From NCBI RefSeq assembly GCF_004010195.1, contig NC_057711.1, positions 81,893,549 to 81,957,548 of the forward strand: a stretch of DNA of 64,000 nucleotides, written 5' to 3'. Shown in pieces: positions 1 to 13,939 of the stretch. This stretch comes from Chiloscyllium plagiosum. Taxonomy: Eukaryota. Within the stretch, counting starts at the first letter, position 1. The number at the start of each line of letters is the position of its first letter. Made by a program: the position numbers and the translations under genes. The notes beneath the pieces are model-generated. The model did no database searches. It saw only the letters and a program-made list of their open reading frames with translations, and was not told the origin of the DNA.

Positions 1-678
1 GGTTGAGAGGGTGGCAAGTGTCAAGTTCCGAGGAGTGACGATAACTGACAACCTGTCCTAGGCGTCCCACGCAGTTGAGACAGTCAAGAAGGCACCACAG
101 GCAGCTTCCTCAGGCGGCTCATGAAATTTGGCATATTCATTAGGACTGTTACCAACGTTTACAGATGCACCATTGAAAACATACAGTCCTGGTGCATAAT
201 GGCCTGGTAGGCAAATACTCTGCCCAGGACCATAAGAAACTACAGAAAGTTGTGTGCACAGCACAGACCATCACGGAAGACAACCTTCCATCCATGGATT
301 CTGTTTACATGCCTGGTTGCAGTGGAAAGGTTGCAAACATCAGTCGCACCCTGTTACTGCTCTCCGTCAGGCAGAAAAAACAGAAGCTTGAACACATGTA
401 CCAACAGGTTCAGGAACAGCTTCTTCACGCCCATTATTAGACTGATGAATGGATTCTCTAACTTCAAATAATGCTGATCTTGCTAATGCTGATCTTACTA
501 ATGTTGATCTTGCCTAGCGCACACCGTGTGTGACCTAACCTGCATGCCTCTAGGTTTTTTTCCTCACCCTATAATCTGTATGTACTTGCTTACTTACACT
601 ATGATCTGCCTGTACTGCTCGTAACCAAAGCTTTTCACTATACTAAGCTACACGTGATAATAAATAAATCAAATCAAG
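1..678 (+). mobile_element. Rex1/Babar-type LINE, decayed 3' portion with 3' UTR and (AATCA)n-like tail
   Basis: Start translates to VERVASVKFRGVTITDNLS*ASHAVETVKKA, resembling the Rex1 RT C-terminal motif VERVxxFKFLGVxITxDLSW. Ends in aataaataaatcaaatcaa. Contains a 15-bp x3 tandem at 469-513. Confidence 0.7.
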
Positions 679-1249
679 TCAGAACTAGAGTCACTGGCAA
701 AGTGAACTTGTAAGTTCTACTCAACCATTATGTCTAAATTGTTGAAAAAGCAAGGTATAGCATAAATATATTCTAACAGGCTTCAGTAATATCTATTCTT
801 AACCAACCATTTTTCAATATCAAAAGCAAACGATGAGTCCCAATCATCCATCATCACGATGCTCACAGACTTACATTGAATCCATAAAATTAACATATTG
901 TTTTTAACATTCTCATTCTTGTTTACAGTTCCATCATGAGCCATCCATTTGTAGCTCCATAATCTCCTCCCGCCCCACAATTCTCATCTAATTCCGGCCG
1001 CATCAGCATTTCTGGTTTTAATTGCTCCATCACTGCTGGCAGCATATTCAGTCGGTTAAGTCTGACACTTCTTTGCCTTTCAACCTCACTTAACTCTTCT
1101 AACGCAGACCATAAAACATACATCATTGATCAAGCTTTTGGTTAACTGACTTAATACCTCACAGTGATAAATATTACAGTACTCCTGTGAAGTCCCTTAT
1201 GATGTTCTACAATGCTAAAGGTTGTTGTTTGATTGACAACGACATAGTG

Positions 1250-2450
1250 TTGTGTTGGGACCACAACTAATCACATTATACATTAACAATCTGGTTAAAG
1301 GAACTCAGGGCATTGTTGCTAAGTTTGCAGATGACACAAAGATAGGTGGAGGGTCAGGTAACATTGAGGAAGTGGGGAGGCTGCAGAAAGATTTGAGATT
1401 AGAGTGGTGCTGGAAAAGCACTGCAGGTCAGGCAGCATCTGTGGAGCAGGAAAATTGACTTTTCGGGCAGCAGCCCTTCATCAGGAAGGTCTCCTGCCCG
1501 AAACTTCGCTTTCCCTGCTCCTCAGATGCTGCCTAACCTGCTGTGCTTTTCCAGCACCGCTCTCATCTTGACTCTGATCTCCAGCATTTGTAGTCCTCAC
1601 TTTCGCCTTGAAGAAAGATTTGGACATGCTAAGCGAGTGGGCAAAGTGGCAGATGTGAAAAAGTGTGTGCATACATGTTTTGGAAGGAAGAATAGAGGTG
1701 TAGACTATTTTATAAACAGGGAAAGACTTCTGAATTTTGAAGCGCAAAGCGATTTGAAAGTCTTAGTTCAGGAATCTCTTAAGGTTAACATGCAGATTCA
1801 GGTGATGATTAGAAAGTCAAATACAATGTTGGCATTCATTTCAAGAGGGCTAGAAAACAAATTCAGGGATATACTGCCAAAATAGTATAAGGCTCTGGTC
1901 AGACCACATTTAGAATATTGTGAGTAGTTTTGGACACTGTGTCTAAGGCAAAATGTGCTGGCATTGGAGAGTGTCCAGAAGAGATTACAAGAATCATCTG
2001 GAGGATGAGAAGCGGTTGAGGACTCTGGCTCTGTACAAAATGGAGTTTAGAAGGATGAGAGGCGCCCTGATTGAATCTTACAGGATACTGAGAGGCCTGG
2101 ATAGAGTGTACATGGATAAAATATTTCCACTGGGAGGAACAGCTAGGACCTAGGGGCACAACCTCAGGGTGAAGGGACAACCCTTTAAACCTGAGATGAA
2201 GAGGAATTTAATCAGTAAAAGGGTGGTGACTTTGAAACTCATTGCCACATTAGGCTGTGGAGGCCAAGCTATTGAGTGAATTTAAGACATTGATGCGTAG
2301 GTTCTTGATTAGTAAGGGGATCAAGGCTTATGGGGAGAAGATAGGAGAATGGGTTTGAAAAACCAATCAGCCATGATTGAACAGTAGAGCAGAATTGGTG
2401 GGTTAAATGTTACATGACACTATAATCTTTTCTTATATATTCTGTGTCTT
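1250..2450 (+). mobile_element. CR1 (HER1-like) LINE, 5'-truncated and decayed RT/3' end
   Basis: ORF fragments LGPQLITLYINNL..KFADDTKIGG and EFRRMRGALIESYRILRGLDRV, with stops and frameshifts. Confidence 0.85.
1396..1611. mobile_element. Fold-back Penelope-like terminal mini-element inserted in CR1
   Basis: Two inverted copies of the PLE terminal sequence, flanked by the perfect 11-bp direct repeat agaaagatttg (1385-1395, 1612-1622). Confidence 0.8.
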
Positions 2451-2522
2451 ATGATCCTCCTCCACAGCTTGCAGAAGAGAGCACCGATCCAAAGGGAAGC
2501 AGCTTGAAGTGACACTGAACAA

Positions 2523-2594
2523 TAGCAGAGGATGGTTTCGATCCATCAATCTCTGGGTTATGGGCCCAGCACGCTCCCGCTGCGCCACTCGGCC
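2523..2594 (-). tRNA. Initiator tRNA-Met(CAT)-like copy, probably a pseudogene or variant
   Basis: Reverse complement GGCCGAGTGGCGCAGCGGGAGCGTGCTGGGCCCATAACCCAGAGATTGATGGATCGAAACCATCCTCTGCTA differs at about 5 of 72 positions from the vertebrate tRNAiMet as I recall it. It has the CAT anticodon and initiator-type GATCGAAA T-loop. Confidence 0.85.
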
Positions 2595-3933
2595 TAGTTC
2601 TACTCTTTTATCACAACTGATTCATTCCTATTGGATCCCTCAGTAATTAATGAAGTAATTTTATTTGTAGATTAAGGTCAGTTGAGTGCAACACTGAAAT
2701 AGTCTCGCTTAAGATCTTCTGTCACCAAGATGTATAGGGATGGTCAAGGACAGATTGTAGTCTGACAATAGCAATTTTGTTATTTCTATTTATTTCATTC
2801 TTTGATATTGACTTATTGGTTTCCATTAATTCCCTTCTCTCAGCAGGCAATTCTCTCAAACAGTCAGTGTACCTCACAAGCAACCTAATAAAATCATGGT
2901 CATTCAATTGCAGCCAAAAGAATAATGAGACAATGTTTGAATTCTGAATTTTAAAAATTGTACAAGAAGAAATACTAATTAGTCTTTAATCTAAGTTTTC
3001 TAGACCAGCCTCCTTCCTTTCATCATCAGCAAATGAAGATAAGCCAATATTCTGCTGCCTACCTGCTTACTTACATCAAGTCTTATTCAGCTCTAACCTC
3101 TAAGTCCTGTGCTTGCTGACCTATTTTAGCTTCCAGTCTGTCATTGTCTCAATTTCATAATTCTTATTGCAATGTTCAAATTCATCCAAAGTCTCGTTCT
3201 TCCTTTTCTCTAATTTCTTGCAGCCCTTCAGCCCACCACAATCTCTGCACCTCTTCAGTTTTCCATGCACTTCTTCACTTTAATAGATGCATGCTTAATA
3301 GTCATATCAGCAGCTGCCTAGATTCTAAGCTCTGAAATTCACTCCCTCAACTTGTCCACCTCTCTTTCCTTTTATGTTAGTCCATAAAATCTACCATTTG
3401 ACCAAGCTTTTGGGTATCCTGGTGTCAAACTTGGTTTAATAATGACCCTGGAAAGTGCTACTTTGTTATAGGTGCTATACAAATGTAATTTGTTATTGTT
3501 ATCAATAACGAAACTTTAAAGGTTTACTTTCAATTCTCTATACTTTTAAGCAAAACTGTAAATTCCAAAGAATTAACTATAAAACTGTAACCTGATTCAG
3601 TGGTTAAGATGATATTTCCTCTGTTCCTGGACATCATAAATTATTAAATTAGAAAGCTTTATTATCAATGACCCTCTGGCAGAATAATTTCTTCTTTGTC
3701 AATTTAATTGATTTAATGATGGACTATGGTTCTCCAGGTGGAACCCTCCAACGCTATTTCAATTATGCAAAAAGAGATCATAGCCATGCAGGATCCTTTC
3801 CTCAGCTGTACAAGTGTTGCTAATCTCCGGTATGGGTCAGTGTGTAACAATCAAGAACAGAAACACAGCCAAATTTCTCCTGCAAGATTAAAGTCAATTG
3901 TAGCAGTCAATCTGCCAACCTATTCTGAAATAA

Positions 3934-4077
3934 TTAAAAATCATACAACACCAGGTTACCTGATGAAGGAGCAGTGCTCCGAAAGCTGGTGCTTCCAAAT
4001 AAACATGTTGGACTGTAACCTGGTGTTGTGTGATTTTTAACTTTGTCCACCCAATTCCAACACCGGTTGCTCCACCT
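3934..4077 (+). mobile_element. Short PLE-derived element (family B) with hammerhead-like core and internal inverted repeat
   Basis: CTGATGA-A-GGAGC-AGT-GCTCC-GAAA at 3960-3984; 26-bp inverted repeat 3934-3959 / 4015-4040. A related copy lies at about 6760-6862 plus 8117-8150. Confidence 0.65.
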
Positions 4078-6862
4078 CTTAGAATAATTTAATCAGCAAT
4101 AGCCAAGAATTCTGGCCTGTGTAGTTCAGCTACTCGCCAGACACATTCCCTAAAGTAGTAGGAAGTTCATATGTGTTCAATGCATTTATACACAATTTAA
4201 CTCTTTTTTTTATTATACTCAAATTGTATTTTAACTGGCAAAAGCATTGGTAATTTCTGACATTCATCAGGAAAACATATTTCTAATTGTACTGGGTCTG
4301 GCATCCAGGATCAGGTCATTTTCCTTCTCTCTTAGCACAGCCATGAAGCTGCCGTATACAGGGCTGAATAAACTCTTTAATTCTATTTTTTAACAAGTAA
4401 GAAATGGAGCTTAGGGATAACCAATTGTTTGCTCCCTGAATAGATACACTGTCTGATATTTTTTCACTGGACACCAGTGAACAATGGTAACGTAATTCAA
4501 CTAGCAGGAAACTGACATGAATGGATTGATAGGAAATTCTGAAAATCACACAATCTTACATAATTAGAAAGTAAAATCAAGTGGTCAATGTTATAGCTTC
4601 AGATTCCCTGTGACTGGATTATACTTACTACTTGGACTATTTCTTAGCTGATTCACAACACAGGATTACAATGTACAGAAGGGGGATCGATTTTTTTCTG
4701 AAATTTATTTAAGATTATACTAAAATATGATAAGGGTGACTTCATGTTCATATCTTAATAGGGAATGACATTCAAAAGAACGCATCTGGGAGAATCATTG
4801 CCAAGAACTTACTAATTATTTGTCCATTCTTTTTAACAAACAGTAAATCACAGCCTATGCACTCCTGATTTTGCAAAATTCACAGCCTATTCATGAATCA
4901 TAATTCATGAGTACCATTAAATATCTTGTTTCCATAATTCAGATCAAGTAGCTGCTGTGTTTTAGTTATTTGGATAGAACAGTTAATGTCTGACTGCAAG
5001 AAAGGTGTCTTCCACTTGTAAATCCTAAGACCTCTGCCATGCATTTGCAATAAAAATGAGGGGAGTGTTTTTTTTTGAAGTGTGATACTACTACAATGGG
5101 AAAATACTACCTGAACAATATTCAAAATTATGCTGATAAGCAGCAAATAATGCTAATGCCACATGGTTGCCAGGCAATGACCAGCTTCAACAAGAAAGAA
5201 TCTAACCACTTCCTCTTCATATTACAAATCTCTGAAAATGACACCATCAAAATCAGAGCTTAATTTCACAACCCTCATAAACCCTGTTAGCAAGTCAATT
5301 CAGATGCTTGGTATTATGTATCTAGTATTTTATCTTGTGATTCCCTAAAACATGTCCACAATTTAAAAAGCATAAGTCAGGACTGTTGCCTGGATAAGTG
5401 CAACTCCAAAAACCACACAAGGTCCAACAACATCCATGATAAAGCAATCTACTTGACTGGCACTCCACCCACCACCCTAAACACTCCCTCCACCACCGAC
5501 CGACCGTTACTGCAGTTCATATTATTCGCAAGATGCACTGCAGTGATTTGTGAAGTCTATTTCAACAGTTTTTTTCTAGATCTGCAATCTCAATCATTTA
5601 GAAAATCAATGATACCAAGTGCATACAACATCACCACCTGCAACATGCACTTCAAGCAATATGCCATCTGACTCAAAAACACCCTCATAGCATAGTGGGT
5701 ACACTACATCATATTGATTGCAGCAGTTCATTTAGTATTCACTATCACTTTCTTGAAAGCAATTAGGGTGAGTGATAAGCAATACCCTCCATCCTAGGTA
5801 CATTCAGAAATGATATCTCGAGCTTCTCTTGTATATATTTCCAAATATTACTTAAAAGTTTTTGCCAAAAGATCTCACTGCAAGTGTTATCAAAATGGCT
5901 AATAGTGAAATTTCTTGTTTATAGCTTTAACAACAGTGATTATAGTCAATTAATTAAGCATTAACAATTGTCAAAAGTTGTTTTCCCAACCAAATTTGAG
6001 AAGTAGTAATTTGAAAATCTTAATTATGAAATCTGGAAAATAATTGTTTGATTTTGGTTGATTCCCTGAGGCAGTAAACACTGTGGACTGCTAACCACAC
6101 AGCACTCTTCAGTGATATCAAGGAAGAACCGGGCACGCTGCATGAGAATTGTGGTAGTGAGCAAATTCTCACCAATATCCTTAATCTGCCCAGATATATC
6201 ACATGGTTTTGGATATACATGGACTATTCACCTTAAGAGTGGTCAAAAACAACATTAAAAGCATGGGTTCAATTTCCATTTCAGCTGAAGCAGATTTGGT
6301 TATACTTACACTTCTTGTTATTTTCTGCAATAGTTTTTAGCTTCTAACTTGAAACAATCTTTCTTTTCATTGCAAGGTAACAGCTTTACTGTTTGACCCT
6401 GTTGGTTCAATTCATGAAATTTGAAACTACGTAGGAGTTTGAATGAGTGATGTGTATTCTGCCAGAAGACAAATTCTCAGCTCATTGCCTGTTAATGCTT
6501 CATCCTGATTTTTTTCTATAGTTGTTTCCTTTCAAAGGTGATTTGCCATTGTTTTTCCACTCACTACAGGGTAGGGCAAGGTCCAGGTCTGCTTCAGCTG
6601 AAATGGGAATTTAATCAATGCTTTTAATGTTGTCTTCAACCACCATGAAGTTTCACTTGCCCCTGTACACAGAAACTAGCTGATATTTCTGTGCAGGTTA
6701 AGGATATTGGCAAGTAGTTTGTCACTACCATTCAATTCCTATGATCCTGCCCCACTAGCTATCTGACAAAGAATCAGCGCTCCGAAAGCTTGTACTTCCA
6801 AATAAACCTATTGGACTATAACCTGGTACAGTGTGATTTTTAACTTTGTCCACCCAGTTCAA

Positions 6863-8116
6863 GGAGAAAGTGAGGACTGCAGATGCTGGAGATCAGAGCT
6901 GAAAATGTGTTGCTGGAAAAGCGCAGCAGGTCAGGCAGCATCCAGGGAACAGGAGAATCGACGTTTTGGGCATAAGCCCTTCTTCAGGAATGAGGAAAGT
7001 GTCCCCAGCAGGCTACGATAAAAGGTAGGGAGGAGGGATTTGGGGGAGGGGCGTTGGAAATGCGATAGGTGGAAGGAGGTCAAGGTGAGGGTGATAGGCC
7101 GGAGNNNNNNNNNNNNNNNNNNNNNNNNNNNNNNNNNNNNNNNNNNNNNNNNNNNNNNNNNNNNNNNNNNNNNNNNNNNNNNNNNNNNNNNNNNNNNNNN
7201 NNNNNNNNNNNNNNNNNNNNNNNNNNNNNNNNNNNNNNNNNNNNNNNNNNNNNNNNNNNNNNNNNNNNNNNNNNNNNNNNNNNNNNNNNNNNNNNNNNNN
7301 NNNNNNNNNNNNNNNNNNNNNNNNNNNNNNNNNNNNNNNNNNNNNNNNNNNNNNNNNNNNNNNNNNNNNNNNNNNNNNNNNNNNNNNNNNNNNNNNNNNN
7401 NNNNNNNNNNNNNNNNNNNNNNNNNNNNNNNNNNNNNNNNNNNNNNNNNNNNNNNNNNNNNNNNNNNNNNNNNNNNNNNNNNNNNNNNNNNNNNNNNNNN
7501 NNNNNNNNNNNNNNNNNNNNNNNNNNNNNNNNNNNNNNNNNNNNNNNNNNNNNNNNNNNNNNGCGGATGATACGCTGTACATGGAGGTTGGTGGGGTGGT
7601 AGGTGAGAACTAGTGGGGTTCTGTCCTGGTGGCGGTTGGAGGGGCGGGCTCAAGGGCGGAGGAGCGGGAAGTGCAAGAGATGCGGTGGAGGGCATCGTCG
7701 ACCACGTCTGGGGGGAAATTGCAGTCCTTGAAGAAGGAGGCCATCTGGGTTGTACGGATTTGGAACTGGTCCTCCTGGAGGAGAAGAAGGGATTGGGAAT
7801 ATGGGATAGCGTTTTTACAGGGGGCAGGGTGGGAGGAGGTGTAGTCTAGGTAGCTGTGGGAGTCGGTCGGTTTATAGTAAATGTCCGTGTTGATTCGGTC
7901 GCCCGAGATAGAATTGGAAAGGTCTCGGAAGGGGAGGGAGGAGTCTGAGACGGTCCAGGTGAATTTGAGGTCGGGGTGAAAGGTGTTGGTAAAGTGGATG
8001 AATTGTTCAACTTCCTCGTGGGAGCACGAGGCAGCGCCGATACATTCATCGATGTAGCGGAGGAAAAAGTGGGGGGTAGTGCCAGTGTAGCTGCGGAAGA
8101 TGGACTGTTCCACATA
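6863..8116 (-). mobile_element. Penelope-like retroelement, 5'-truncated (RT C-terminal region to terminal repeat), spanning the gap
   Basis: ORF 7610-8113 (-) FFLRYIDECIG...FHPDLKFT...TDIYYKPTDSHSYLDYTSSHP is typical of PLE RT/thumb. Perfect 14-bp TSD tccacccagttcaa at 6849-6862 and 8117-8130. Confidence 0.9.
7105..7562. other. Assembly gap (458 N)
   Basis: Run of N. Confidence 1.
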
Positions 8117-9220
8117 TCCACCCAGTTCAACACCAGCACCTCCACGTCATGACTTCAATTCCAATGGAGTGTGCCCAGTTCTTCCTTGATATCACTGAAG
8201 ATTGCTGTGAAGGTAGCAGCCTACCATGTTTACTACCTCAGAGAATCAACCTAAATTAAATAATTTTCTCCTGGTCCATTTGTGTTAGAAGTTGCTAAGC
8301 TATTTACATTACATATGTTAACATATGTATAGCAATTTGAAGCCTTGTGGAATCCTGTGTTTTAAAGACATCTTGTGATAATCTTTCAGTTTGCATAATG
8401 ATGTGAATGAAGTGAATGCATGCTATAAACCTGAAGAGTTGAGCCAATTTTCCTTTGTTTATAATTTGCAATCTCAATTTACTCAAACACATCATTTTCT
8501 TGCAGCTTGTCTAACATTGGCAACTCTTGTCTCCTTTTATACTGCAAAAACATTCATCATTTCATGAATCCACCTATTTGAAAACATCTTCAGTTTATGT
8601 AGAATTTAATTACAAGAGGGTGTATTTCCATGGACTGGAGGCATTCTGTTGTACTTTTCCTCCAGTTACAATAGAGAAGTGGAAGCACCTCCATGGAAAT
8701 TTACCCCAAATGAGCTTGGTGTTTCCAATTATTATAAATAATTTCTAATAAATAATTAAATAAAATGTTGTTTTGATTTTGGACCCTATGAAAATACCAA
8801 GTGCCCACCCTCCAAATTCATGCATTTTACCACATGTAACCCAGTCAACACATTTTATGCAAATACACAAGAAAGGTCCATTGCCATAACAGTTATTCAT
8901 CTGTATAGACCATTTGGAATCTTGCATCCATCTTGAAAAAGATGGAAACAAAATGCTGTATATGCATACACAAATACAACAACCATGGAATATCAGAAAA
9001 TACTCCATCATGCCACACTTATTACTTTGTGCATTACAATTCAATCATTTCATGAGCAATTTTCACTTCAAAAAATGAATAAAATTTCCTGAAATACTTT
9101 TTAAACCACATTAAAAAGGTACAAAACATAAAAACAGTAAAAACAGCAGAAATAAGTTTTGCTCAGAGACGAAGTTGTCATAAGTTGTTACTGTTTGTCC
9201 AGCTGGACACTGGTGTGGTT

Positions 9221-9841
<621 letters not shown>

Positions 9842-10289
9842 TTAAAGATCTTAACATGACATTTCACAATCTTTCTCTTCCTGTTGAACCTAAGGCAATG
9901 TGTGAGAGACTGCAGGTCCAAACTTGTCTCCTACATTAAGCTTTCTAACTTTGTCTAATTACACCTTATTATCTTAAAAGCAATTTTCTCAAGTCATCTG
10001 AGAAACATGGACCTAATTATCCAATTGGAAGATGGTCACTGATCATTTGCTATTTTCTCTGACAAAACACAATCTGACTGCTGAAAGGGCATAGATTGTA
10101 CTGGACTTAGAAAAGTGATTTTGATTACTACACTTGATAACATTCAGCACGGAGTTTAAGCAAGTGAATCTGAACATGATACGTTTCAGTAAAATTACAC
10201 AGATTGGTCTCATGCTATCATTTTGCTGTCCATACATGTACAACTTCCACTATTTAGCATAAATTTTTAAATGATCAATATCCAAATAG

Positions 10290-10800
10290 AATCAACTGGA
10301 ATACTGTGTTCAGTTCTGGGCCCTACACTTTAGGAAAAATGTCAAGGTATTAGACAGAGTTGAAAATAGATTTACTATCATTTAACTTAGGATGAGGAGA
10401 AACTGCAGTAACTTGGGTTGTTCTTGGTCGAGGAAGGGACAAGAAAAGATTTGACAGAGGTATTTAAAATTATGAAGGATTTTGACTGACTAAATAATGG
10501 GAATCTGTTTCCAGTGGCAAAAGAGTTGATAATCAGAGAGCATTGATTCAAGGTGTCTCTCAAAAGAGCCAGAAGCAACGTAAAGAAACTTATTTTTTAT
10601 GAAGTGAGTTGTCGTGATCAGAATGTATTGCTGAAAAAGTAGTAAACAGAGATTCAGTGGTCATATTCAAATGAGAACTGGCTAAATATGTGAAGGAAAT
10701 AAATCTACATGATTACGGGGAAAAGGGAAAGCAGTCTGATTAATCAGATTGTTATCTCAAAGAATCTATACATGCACAGTGGATTGAAACATCTCCTTTA
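10290..10800 (+). mobile_element. Decayed CR1 LINE 3' fragment
   Basis: caactggaatactgtgttcagttctgggcccta (QLEYCVQFWA) followed by CR1-like 3' sequence. Confidence 0.7.
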
Positions 10801-10987
10801 GAGCAATGAGACCTGAGCAGAATACACAATGATGATGATGTATAATGATGTAAAGTTGATGTCAGTACCACATGATTATGTAGAGTGATCTGAAGCTCTA
10901 TTAGAGTCTTCAGAAATGTGTATATCTGCAATGTTGTAAATGAAGAGTTCTGATAAACTAAAATATGTGTCAAATGCAGTCATTTAA

Positions 10988-11180
10988 GTGGCTAGTTTAG
11001 CTCAGTTGGCTACATGCTGGTTTGCAATGCAGAGTAACACCAACAGTATGGCTTAAAATCCTGCACCATTGAGTTTATCATGAAGGCCCCACTTTCTCAA
11101 CTTCTCCCCTTACTTGAAGAGTGGTGACCCTCAGCTTAAAACCCCACCAGTCATCTCTCTCTAATGAAAGAGCACGGTAA
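10988..11180 (+). mobile_element. tRNA-derived SINE fragment
   Basis: A-box-like tagctcagttgg head; a homologous copy lies in the opposite orientation at about 19700-19895. Confidence 0.6.
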
Positions 11181-11929
11181 TGATGATTTTATTTAGTGAA
11201 CCTCATGGTCAAGAAAGAAGAAAGAAAGGTTTTCAAGAATTATCTAAGATGTCAGAGTTATCAAAGGTAGCTGAGAACTTAGAAACACACTCAAAGACCA
11301 GGCATCAATGAGCACGGACCCAAAACAGTAGCTGGCAGAATAACCAGGGTCACAGTCAAAACTGCAGGTCCAGAGAGTCATAGAGTCAACCTTGCCACTT
11401 CCAGGTGACCAAGGGACTGAAACAGACTCAGAAGTGGGAAGTTTGGAAGAAAAGATTTATGAAGTTTAGAACAGCTTCAGAATTAAAGGGAAAAAGGACA
11501 AGACCTGTACGTGATGGAGACTATTGTGAATGATGTAGTTGCAGAACAGATTTTGGCGAAAATACAGAATCAAACAAAGACGTATTGAGGGCATTTCATG
11601 CTACTTCACCGTCAGCAGAAATTTAATAACATGAAAGAATTTTAAGTTCTTTAACTTTAAGAATTTAAAGAACATGTGAAGTGTAATCAGGGAAAACAGA
11701 GACATAAGGAAAGCATGGATTTGTTCATAAGTGACCTTTACCTGCTAGCAGCAAACGAGGAGGGATTGAAGGCAGAATTAATTTGCAACCTGAATGTAAT
11801 CTGGAGTTTCACATGAGGTTTTCTCAGAGCTTTTACCAGTCAAAAAGGATTTGGTACGAGAGAAAACAGACAGATTGCTGAACACAGGGATAGCACATTT
11901 CCCAGTGAGGCCAACTTCAAAAGGGAACC

Positions 11930-13270
11930 TCCAAAATGTCCACCTTCTTTCTCAACCAAGGATTCCCCAGCACCATAGGGCTTCAATCAGGTCCAACTCA
12001 TCTCCTGCACCTTCATCCTCATCCCCCTCTTCTCTCTCGCAACAGAGATAGTGTTTCCCTTATCCTTGTCAAAAAGTGTGGTGCTGGAAAAGCACAGCAG
12101 GTCAAGCAGCATCCGAGGAGCAGCAGAGTCGATGTTTCAGACATAAGTCCTTAATGAGGAATGCCCGAAACGTTGACTCTCCTGCTCCTCAGATGCTGCC
12201 TGACCTGCTGTGTTTTCTCAGCGCTACACCTTTTGACTGACCTCCAGCATCTGCAGTCCTTACTTTTTCCTCTCCCTTGTCCTTGCCTACCATCCCACCA
12301 CCATCTACACCTAGAAGATCATCAAAAACCATTTCCGCCACCTCCAGTGAGTTGCCACTATCAGACATATATTCACCTCCCCTCCCTTATCCACCTCTCA
12401 CAGGGACTGCTCTCTCTGGACACCCTTGTCTACTCTTCCTTCACTCTCAACACCACCCCTATAGCCCACAGCACCTTCCCCAGCAACCACCAAAGGTGTA
12501 ACACTGCCCATTTACTTCCACCCCCCTCATTATCCAAGGGCCCGAACATACCTTTCAGGTAAAGCAGTGCTTTACCTGTGCTTCTCACAATCTAGTCTAA
12601 TGCATTCACTGCTCACAGTGTGGTCTCCTCTATGATGGGGAAACGAAGTGTAGACTGGTGACCGCTTTGCAGAATATCTAAGTTTTACCCAAAAAAATAC
12701 CCTGAGCTTCCAGCTGCCTGCCACTTTAACACACTACCCTGTTCCCCAGCCAACATCTGTGACTCAGGCTTGCTGCAGTGCTCCAGCAAAGCTCAATGCA
12801 AGCTAGAAGAACAACAACTCATTTTCTGCTTGGGAACCCTGCAGCCCTCCGGACTCAACATCGAGTTCAATTATTTTAGGGCCTGAACTGCCCAATGTCC
12901 TAGCCCCCTACCACACACACCAGGCCTTGTTATCACATAGCCTGCAATTACACACTACCTATTGTTAGCGACTAACAGTCTCCATTAAAGCTATTCATCC
13001 TCCCAGCCAGATCGTTACCGACTTCTTTGTCTGTTCAACTGTTCATCTCTCTCTTTGGGCTCTATCTCTATCTATCATTTACCCTCCCCTAATCCTATCT
13101 TCTGCACATAAACCAACATATTCCTAGCTGCCATCAGTTCTGAGGAAGGGTCACTGGACCTGAAACATTAACTTTGATTTCTCTTCACAGGTGCTGCCAG
13201 ACCTGCTGAGCTTTTCGAGCAACTTTTGTTTTTGTTTCTGATTCACCGCATCTGCAGTTCTTTCAGTTTT
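11930..13270 (+). mobile_element. Penelope-like element 3' half (GIY-YIG endonuclease remnant plus family C terminus)
   Basis: Degenerate LV*CIHCSQCGLLYDGETKCRL and PELPAACHFN motifs; terminal hammerhead-like core at 13136-13173. Carries a nested fold-back insert at 12071-12272 with a 15-bp imperfect TSD. Confidence 0.85.
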
Positions 13271-13449
13271 CACTAGAGTGGAAATGACTGCTATGAAAAT
13301 GTTTGGCCAATTGAGGGGAAACCAGTTTAACAACCCAGTAAATACTGGGAAATGAATGCACTGGTCATACTGGAGCTCCATTTTGAAGTATACACGATCA
13401 CTCAGACCAGTATGTGTCATTTGTAAGTTTTACTGTTATTATTCCACAC

Positions 13450-13938
13450 ACATTCTATGTAATAAGGTTGCCCCTCAAGTCCCTTTTAAATCTTTCCCTT
13501 CCCAATGAAAACCTCTGCCCCCTAGTTTTGAACTCCCCAACCCTAGGGAAATGATCTTTGCTATTCACCTTAGCTATGCCCCTCGTGACTTTCTAAAACT
13601 CTGTAAGGTCATCGGTCAACCTCCTATGCTCCAGTGAAAAGCATCCCAGCCTATCCAGCCTCTCTTTATAACTGAAATCCTCTAGACATGGCAACATGCT
13701 GGTAAATATTTTCTGAACCCTCTCTAATTTAATAATATCCTTCCTGTAGCACCTCGTCAACACCGTACAAACTCAGTATGATGTCCCAACTCCTTTACTC
13801 AATGGTCTGAGCAATGAAGGCAAGAGTGCTAAACATCATCTTAATCAGCTTGTCTACCTGTCATCCAACTTCCAAAGAATTATGTACCTGAACCCTTAGG
13901 TCTCCCTCTTTGACAACATAACCAAGGGACCTATCATT
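13450..13938 (-). mobile_element. CR1 LINE fragment (outer layer of a nest; continues at ~18550-18770)
   Basis: Homologous to the minus-strand CR1 at 48115-48960, whose next segment matches 18550-18770. Confidence 0.7.
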
Positions 13939-13939
13939 T

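Larger units (their letters stand above)
6030..8285. repeat. Old long inverted repeat (left arm ~6030-6300; right arm ~6585-6743 plus ~8154-8285, split by insertions)
   Basis: Manual alignment of the left-arm reverse complement to the right-arm pieces gives roughly 75-80% identity (e.g. ttcttccttgatatcactgaaga, tctgcttcagctgaaatgg). Confidence 0.75.

Noticed and set aside
6931..7695. Long ORFs of 176-254 aa in the ORF track
   Set aside because: They are artefacts of reading through the N gap.
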